Positions 58,477 to 64,000 of a DNA stretch of 64,000 nucleotides are shown in pieces. The position numbers and the translations under genes were made by a program. How positions within the stretch are numbered: position 1 is the stretch's first letter; each line of letters begins with the position of its first letter. The stretch is from a virus (taxonomy: Duplodnaviria; Caudoviricetes). The DNA is taken from IMG/VR virus record IMGVR_UViG_3300030104_002647, positions 1,007 through 65,006 of that record. One strand, written 5' to 3'. Under the pieces are notes generated by a model that worked only from the letters and a program-made list of their open reading frames with translations, ran no database searches and was not told the origin of the DNA.

Positions 58477-58885
58477 TAGTTTTAAAAGGCGAGTCCTTTT
58501 TATCTAGGTAAACCATCAGCTCTAAATCATTATAAGATTCCGGTCTTGGTTTTCTTCCACCCCAAGTAATATTACCCTTGATATGTTTTACCTTACAATA
58601 AACGATTCCATCGAGACATGCCCATATCATTACAGGATTTAATCTTTTGTCAGCTAACTTAACTAACTTTCGTGCAGCAACCGGTAGAGGAAATGCATCT
58701 TTAATCATACGCAGTCTACCCTTGACCTCAGCATATGCTATATGTATTCCCTTTGAATCAAATACTTTGTAGTCAATATCTTCAGGGTCTAGCTTTTTAA
58801 AACTACCATTAAATTTTTCTACGAATGTATTGATTGCCTGTTTCTCTCTCTTTAAATCTTGTTCAGATTCAAACCACATATTCAA
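58466..58885 (-). CDS. PD-(D/E)XK nuclease-like protein
   Basis: DIDY...AYAEVKGR motif. Confidence 0.6.
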   Translation of the reverse strand: MNMWFESEQDLKREKQAINTFVEKFNGSFKKLDPEDIDYKVFDSKGIHIAYAEVKGRLRMIKDAFPLPVAARKLVKLADKRLNPVMIWACLDGIVYCKVKHIKGNITWGGRKPRPESYNDLELMVYLDKKDSPFKTINF

Positions 58886-58886
58886 T

Positions 58887-59645
58887 TTATAAATCCATTA
58901 AACAATTTATTGCGGTGTGTCCACCTAAAACTACACCACACCCTATGGCTTGTTTCTTAAAATTTTTTGCGTATGCTGCCGCATATGTTTTAGCATCTAT
59001 TCCACATCCTACTTGCATTGCAAAAACTCTAAACTTTTTTCCTACAAACCATTGCACATATGCTTCAGTATGGGTGTGTCCACATACACTAGACATCATG
59101 TTATTTTTAGCTTTGGTTTTAGCTTGTGAACCCTCGCCATGCTCATACAATACATTATCATATGTTATATTCTCTACCCAATTCCATTTAGGAGTGCCTA
59201 AGACATCGTTATACGACCTTATCCATGCTGAGGGTACTCCCCCTGTCATTGCCTTCCTTGAAGCCATCCTATCGTGGTTTCCTATACATACATCAGCAAC
59301 AGGAAAAGATTTGTACCATTTTTTTATTCTTTTAACGGCTAATGTTAACTCGTGTCCTGCTGATAATCCATCAGGGTCTTGCTCATGATATGAGAATCCA
59401 TGCGAGTCGAGTATATCTCCAATAAAAATAACATGATTACAATTATATGTAGCATAAATTTGCTCACAAAACTCTAAATAACCGTCTAAACAAAAGGGTT
59501 CATGTAAATCTCCTACGATTAAAATTCTTCTTTCTTTTCTGTTTATGTTTTCAAACGCTATTCGTTTGTTTCCACTTAGGCGTGGACGTATCTCATCATA
59601 GTGGTTCTTATCACCACTAGGTTCATAAGGACTATTATATTTCAT
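58887..59645 (-). CDS. Calcineurin-like metallophosphoesterase
   Basis: GDLH, GDILD, GNHD, HG and GHTH motifs. Confidence 0.9.
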   Translation of the reverse strand: MKYNSPYEPSGDKNHYDEIRPRLSGNKRIAFENINRKERRILIVGDLHEPFCLDGYLEFCEQIYATYNCNHVIFIGDILDSHGFSYHEQDPDGLSAGHELTLAVKRIKKWYKSFPVADVCIGNHDRMASRKAMTGGVPSAWIRSYNDVLGTPKWNWVENITYDNVLYEHGEGSQAKTKAKNNMMSSVCGHTHTEAYVQWFVGKKFRVFAMQVGCGIDAKTYAAAYAKNFKKQAIGCGVVLGGHTAINCLMDL

Positions 59646-59823
59646 CTTCTAAGTTTTCTAGTATAGAACGAAGCATACGAATGTTGTTCACTACTTCAAC
59701 ACGAAGTTCAGGGTATTGTTGGTCTACAAAGAGCTCGTAGATGGTGTTGTTGGAGTTGTGAATCTCATTCATCACAAAATTGATGTGCTTGATTCTTTCG
59801 TTTTCAACTCCTCTTATTGGCAT
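59635..59823 (-). CDS. Hypothetical protein
   Basis: 62 aa helical ORF in operon. Confidence 0.65.
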   Translation of the reverse strand: MPIRGVENERIKHINFVMNEIHNSNNTIYELFVDQQYPELRVEVVNNIRMLRSILENLEDEI

Positions 59824-59842
59824 AATTTTTTATTTGGATAAC

Positions 59843-60409
59843 CTAGTCGTATACTCCATTAAATATTGTATTTAATTTTTTTTCTATTACCTCTTCAGTA
59901 TCCGGCTTCGTTCTGTTTCTTATTAAATCAAACAGTCTTTTAAATCTTTTATCTCTGATTTCGGTAGTGTGAATAGTCTCTTGGAGACTCTGTATTTCCA
60001 AAGATAGCAATTTATTTCTATCTTCCAAAACCAATATATGTCCTTTGAGTTCGTGTGGACGCAAATCATCTATCCTTGGGTCGGCTAATTTATAGTATCT
60101 AAGACAGGTTTGATATTGTGAATCAAGTTCTTTGTCATATTTTAAAATAAAATTTATATTTTTTAAATAATGTAAAACCGAAGCATGACTTTCTAGATTT
60201 AAAAAGGATGCAATGGTGTTAACTTTAGCTCCATCTTCTCTCATCATTTTTGTAAACAACATTCTAGCGTTAACAAAGTTTCTTTGTCTACACTTGTGCG
60301 TTAAATCAATGTTGAAAACTTGGTTAATAATTTTTTTAAATAGGTTGGCTCGTGTAGATTCTCTGTAGTATTGCTTCATTTGATTGTAGTATTTGATTTT
60401 TTGACACAT
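59843..60409 (-). CDS. Second DnaA domain IV-like HTH protein with coiled coil (start may be 60379)
   Basis: DL..K.RQR.FVNAR......R.....IA..L...HASVLHY.K. Confidence 0.6.
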   Translation of the reverse strand: MCQKIKYYNQMKQYYRESTRANLFKKIINQVFNIDLTHKCRQRNFVNARMLFTKMMREDGAKVNTIASFLNLESHASVLHYLKNINFILKYDKELDSQYQTCLRYYKLADPRIDDLRPHELKGHILVLEDRNKLLSLEIQSLQETIHTTEIRDKRFKRLFDLIRNRTKPDTEEVIEKKLNTIFNGVYD

Positions 60410-60707
60410 AATCTAAGTAGGTGTCGCAGTCAATTTGATTTACACTAATAAAGATAGGAAAATCTTTTGGTTCATGAATATATTCTACTTCAAAAAAATA
60501 TGGATTGTCATATTTTAAAACACCACCTATCTTTTGCGTGTATCCCTCTAGCATAGGAAGCATGTAAGCATTACATTCTATTAAAACCGCAATAGGAACT
60601 GCAATGTAGTCTGCCATATTTTGCATATCCTCTACTAAGTTTTCGTCAAACTCGTAGTAAGTATCAATCCCCTCTATATATTTCTGTAATGCATCCATGT
60701 TCTTCAA
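60336..60707 (-). CDS. Hypothetical acidic protein
   Basis: 123 aa ORF in operon. Confidence 0.6.
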   Translation of the reverse strand: MKNMDALQKYIEGIDTYYEFDENLVEDMQNMADYIAVPIAVLIECNAYMLPMLEGYTQKIGGVLKYDNPYFFEVEYIHEPKDFPIFISVNQIDCDTYLDYVSKNQILQSNEAILQRIYTSQPI

Positions 60708-60906
60708 GCTCTTTTAATCTATACTTTTGCAAGGTGGTTAACCTACCCTTGTTAGTTTTTACTTCGCTAAATAATACTTGTGTGTTTGGTGGTATAGCAA
60801 TTAAATCCGGTATACCGTTTTTATTTGTTTTTACAAGCTTTAAAACATAGTAACCTTTTGACTCAAGCTCCTTTATTCTTTTGCTTTGTATCTGCTGTTC
60901 TGTCAT
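60664..60906 (-). CDS. VRR-NUC domain nuclease
   Basis: E..IQ...GIPDL...F.EVK...G.L..LQ. Confidence 0.85.
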   Translation of the reverse strand: MTEQQIQSKRIKELESKGYYVLKLVKTNKNGIPDLIAIPPNTQVLFSEVKTNKGRLTTLQKYRLKELEEHGCITEIYRGD

Positions 60907-61078
60907 TTTTATAGTCTAAGTAAAATCCAATTCCCACAATTAAGTTCATTCCAATAGATGAAAAAATCTCAACTAAATCATGAAACGAGTGTATAGATAA
61001 ATGAACATGCCCTACCACCCAAAATGGAATTGCTAAATTTTCACTTATCCAAATCAAAGTAAATTTAACAAACCTCAT
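60863..61078 (-). CDS. Small membrane protein
   Basis: Two hydrophobic segments. Confidence 0.6.
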   Translation of the reverse strand: MRFVKFTLIWISENLAIPFWVVGHVHLSIHSFHDLVEIFSSIGMNLIVGIGFYLDYKNDRTADTKQKNKGA

Positions 61079-61079
61079 A

Positions 61080-62315
61080 CTACAAATTTAAGAAATCTCT
61101 TTTGAAGTGTTTTAAAGTATAGTCCTTCTTACGAGTAACAGCTTTATAGATTTTATCTTCAATTCCTGCCGAAGTAAACACCCAAAATATTTTATTGTGA
61201 AGTCTATTTTTGGTTGTCATCCTATCACGAGATTGCCAATAGGAGGTAGCAGAAAAATCTATGTTATAGTAAATTAATGCATCGGCTTTGCGTAAACTTA
61301 TACCTTCCCTCCCACTAACAATCTGCAAAGCTATACTTTTATCTGTCTCATTGAAGACGCTTAGTTCCGTTGAAATGGTCTCCCCATAAACTTCCTTAAT
61401 TGCTTTTAATTCTTCTTTGAACTTATAAAAGATAGCAATCTTTTTACCTGAAAATTTATTTTTAATAAACTCAGCTTTTGTTAAGTCTAACACCATTGAA
61501 CTACCGCTTTCAAATTTAACAGTACCGGAAAAGATTTGGTGTAGCTTTGACATTAGCTTCACAGGTGTATCACCCATGATTACCTCATCTTTACCCTCTA
61601 CTACTAAATGTTTTTGTAGTTTCTTAGCAAGACTATAAGTCGCATCTTTCATGCGAACATACAAAATTTCTTCTGTAGTTTGCACTTCAAAACCTGCGTT
61701 TTTTTGACTAAAGTTTATTGTAAATGGTCGCATCATTTCAAGGATGCTTTCGTGTCCGGCAGAGTAATCTCGAATCTGAAGTCCACCGATTGGTTTGATT
61801 CTGACATTAACATAGTCATCAGAAAACCTATAAAAATTTTTATAATGAGCAAATGGATTTGTAGGGATTCCATACACTTGATGATACATTTGACTGAATG
61901 ACTCAGGTGTTGGAGTTCCTGACAAAAGAATTACAAATGGTTTTGTTTTGTCTATTAGCTCCTTTACTTGCTTTGCTCTTTTGCTTGGCTTAGGAAACGC
62001 ACCCATTGAATGAGCTTCATCACAGATGATGACATCCCATTGCGTGTCAGGAATCTTGTGAATGCTTTCGTAATTGATTGTGATTAAATTAAAGGAAGGA
62101 TTGAGTAGTTGATAGTCATCTTCAATACTTGAGATGGCTTTCTTTTTTGTAACGAACAAAACATTTACAGCTTTTACTCGGTCTGCTATACCTAAACTAG
62201 TTAGGGTCTTGCCTGTTCGTACCTCCATAGCAAGGTAGACAAACCCCCTACTCAATAAGGTTTGACTACCTAAGTCTATGATGGTTTTTTGATATGGTCT
62301 TAGCTCACAGCTCAA
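61080..62315 (-). CDS. SF2 (SNF2-like) helicase
   Basis: LRPYQ, RTGKT, DEAH, LSGTP, EGISL and QSRDR motifs. Confidence 0.88.
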   Translation of the reverse strand: MSCELRPYQKTIIDLGSQTLLSRGFVYLAMEVRTGKTLTSLGIADRVKAVNVLFVTKKKAISSIEDDYQLLNPSFNLITINYESIHKIPDTQWDVIICDEAHSMGAFPKPSKRAKQVKELIDKTKPFVILLSGTPTPESFSQMYHQVYGIPTNPFAHYKNFYRFSDDYVNVRIKPIGGLQIRDYSAGHESILEMMRPFTINFSQKNAGFEVQTTEEILYVRMKDATYSLAKKLQKHLVVEGKDEVIMGDTPVKLMSKLHQIFSGTVKFESGSSMVLDLTKAEFIKNKFSGKKIAIFYKFKEELKAIKEVYGETISTELSVFNETDKSIALQIVSGREGISLRKADALIYYNIDFSATSYWQSRDRMTTKNRLHNKIFWVFTSAGIEDKIYKAVTRKKDYTLKHFKRDFLNL

Positions 62316-62572
62316 ATTTTTCGATGCTTATTTTCCGTCCAAGAATCTAAGATTGCTGTGATTTTTCCACACTTCTCGTAATGCTCTATTTCAGTAAAAT
62401 AATCTAACATGTTTTCAAGAACTACTTTATCTACCGGCTGAAGTACATCATGTATATATACACCTTTGTCTGTACCAACAAGTGTATTATCAAATCGTTC
62501 TTCAACTATAACATTGTATGAATTAATCATAGCGTGGTATACTGTTAATTCATTGTCTTGTTCTTCTTTCAT
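62312..62572 (-). CDS. Hypothetical protein with UVR-like helical hairpin
   Basis: YF...E.YEKC..I motif. Confidence 0.6.
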   Translation of the reverse strand: MKEEQDNELTVYHAMINSYNVIVEERFDNTLVGTDKGVYIHDVLQPVDKVVLENMLDYFTEIEHYEKCGKITAILDSWTENKHRKI

Positions 62573-64000
62573 ATATCTAATTTACTATTATATTCTAATT
62601 CATGTTTACTTCTAAATCTAATCCATTTACCCATAGCATCTCTTCCTTCTTCCGGTGGTACACCTTGTTTGAAAACTCCGTATGCAGTTAACCACTTATA
62701 AAATCTAGTCCTAGATATAGTCATTTTAGCTTTCGGTCCATAGTCAGGATTCTCTTCTATAAAGTTAAAATATAAATCTTGCTTACGCAATTGTATATTT
62801 GGTTTTAATAAATCATTTGGTTCATGACCTGTAACTAATCCACACCATTCAATAAAATCATGAGATGTTTCAGCTGACAGCTGTCGAACTTTTAAATTTA
62901 CAAAAACTGATTGCATTAAACCTTTTTCTAAATAAAGTTGTAAACAGGATATCATATAGTTATCAAACTCACACCACATATCTTCATCCCAATCTCCAAA
63001 CATTAATTTACCAAACTCATCAAAAGGTGTAAATGTTTTATTATAATACTGATGTAGCTCTAGCTCCCACTTACGTCTAGCAAAAGAATTACCTGCACCT
63101 TTGATTGCATAGTTAGTCGTTATAGCTATCTTTGGGGATTTACTAAAAGGTATCTTGATTGCATCTTTGTTTTTCTTTTCAAGTGTAAGACCTTCAGTAA
63201 TCAAACTAAATAATCTCTCAAAATCAAAATACTTTTTTACATCATCAAAACAGAGAATCTGTGTATCAGCAGAAACTAATTGATAAGCAAAAGACCTTTC
63301 GAATGCAAAACTCTTACCGTCAATAGTTACTAATTTTTTCATATGAGACAAGGCATTCATAAACAAACCCTTACCTGTACCACCTTCAGGGTTATCGCTT
63401 ATAACCTCATCGTTTAGGATTACAGCCGGACAAAAAGAAAGGTTTTTATAGCCATGCATCATAAACCCTATTGTAGATTCCATAGATTTTATTCTACTTT
63501 CATTTTTCGCACATATGTTTGTAATAAAAGTTTTGTAATCACAATTATCTATTTTACATTTTTTAAAGTCTCGGTCTATTACATGGTCTTTCCAAACAAA
63601 ACCACCTAAGTCAATGTAATCTATGGTTGTAACATTATCTTTTGTAATTTTTACAGCACAATTTTTATAGTACAAGTATGAAGTATTTTTATTATCAGCT
63701 ATAAAATAAATATTTACAGATGAAAGTAAAGTAAGAAACTCATCCTTAAAAAACCTTGTGTTGTCTGCAAAGTAGTTGTATATAGACAGGTCATCAAGCT
63801 CTATCAATCCACTTAATATAAAATCTTTTATTTCTTTTTCAGTAGTGTGGTCAATCAAATTATTTTGTACTCTTACAAAAACATAATTCTTACTACCTTC
63901 AGGACAAAATTTATAGAATCCATTGTCTTCCAAGTATTCTTTAAATAAAACATGAACTATTTTTATAGTACCCTTATCGTTTTTTACCCAAAAAGTTTGG
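62569..64000 (-). CDS. Primase-associated helicase (SF3/D5-like), 5'-truncated by the window end
   Basis: GGTGKG Walker A, CFDD Walker B, ITTN motif C. The frame stays open upstream of 63933 to the edge. Confidence 0.8.
   Translation of the reverse strand, partial: QTFWVKNDKGTIKIVHVLFKEYLEDNGFYKFCPEGSKNYVFVRVQNNLIDHTTEKEIKDFILSGLIELDDLSIYNYFADNTRFFKDEFLTLLSSVNIYFIADNKNTSYLYYKNCAVKITKDNVTTIDYIDLGGFVWKDHVIDRDFKKCKIDNCDYKTFITNICAKNESRIKSMESTIGFMMHGYKNLSFCPAVILNDEVISDNPEGGTGKGLFMNALSHMKKLVTIDGKSFAFERSFAYQLVSADTQILCFDDVKKYFDFERLFSLITEGLTLEKKNKDAIKIPFSKSPKIAITTNYAIKGAGNSFARRKWELELHQYYNKTFTPFDEFGKLMFGDWDEDMWCEFDNYMISCLQLYLEKGLMQSVFVNLKVRQLSAETSHDFIEWCGLVTGHEPNDLLKPNIQLRKQDLYFNFIEENPDYGPKAKMTISRTRFYKWLTAYGVFKQGVPPEEGRDAMGKWIRFRSKHELEYNSKLDI

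Noticed and set aside
58834-59388. 184-aa plus-strand ORF
   Set aside because: Antisense shadow of the motif-complete metallophosphoesterase.
1-64000. Stop-codon reassignment as in some crAss-like phages
   Set aside because: Long genes are intact in the standard code, TAG and TGA both end genes, and no suppressor tRNA was found.

Overview
Almost the whole genome (probably circularly permuted, slightly over 64 kb) of an AT-rich, apparently lytic tailed phage. The head and short-tail modules resemble those of crAss-like phages. The host is most likely Bacteroidota, based on recurrent TAnnTTTG promoters and SD-less, A-rich start regions. The minus-strand arm (8722 to 1, continuing 64000 to 58466) carries small early genes, Exo/SSAP/SSB, two DnaA-domain-IV-like proteins, a primase-helicase split across the window ends, an SF2 helicase, nucleases and a metallophosphoesterase. 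I recognised no DNA polymerase or integrase. The plus-strand arm (9229 to 58476) carries GroEL/GroES, a cluster of small basic proteins, envelope and lysis genes, tail fibres, terminase, portal, capsid, ring/muzzle proteins and three ejection proteins. The most striking signal is non-coding. Three type III hammerhead ribozymes with co-varying stems sit between early cistrons (6346-6394, 7106-7154, 7943-7989). Each is preceded by a hairpin and ends 24-26 nt before a start codon, and all share the same stem III, so the excised gene-carrying segments could circularise. Just downstream is a separately promoted tRNA-like RNA with a possible pseudoknot (5421-5540). All assignments come from reading the sequence by eye; no searches were run.
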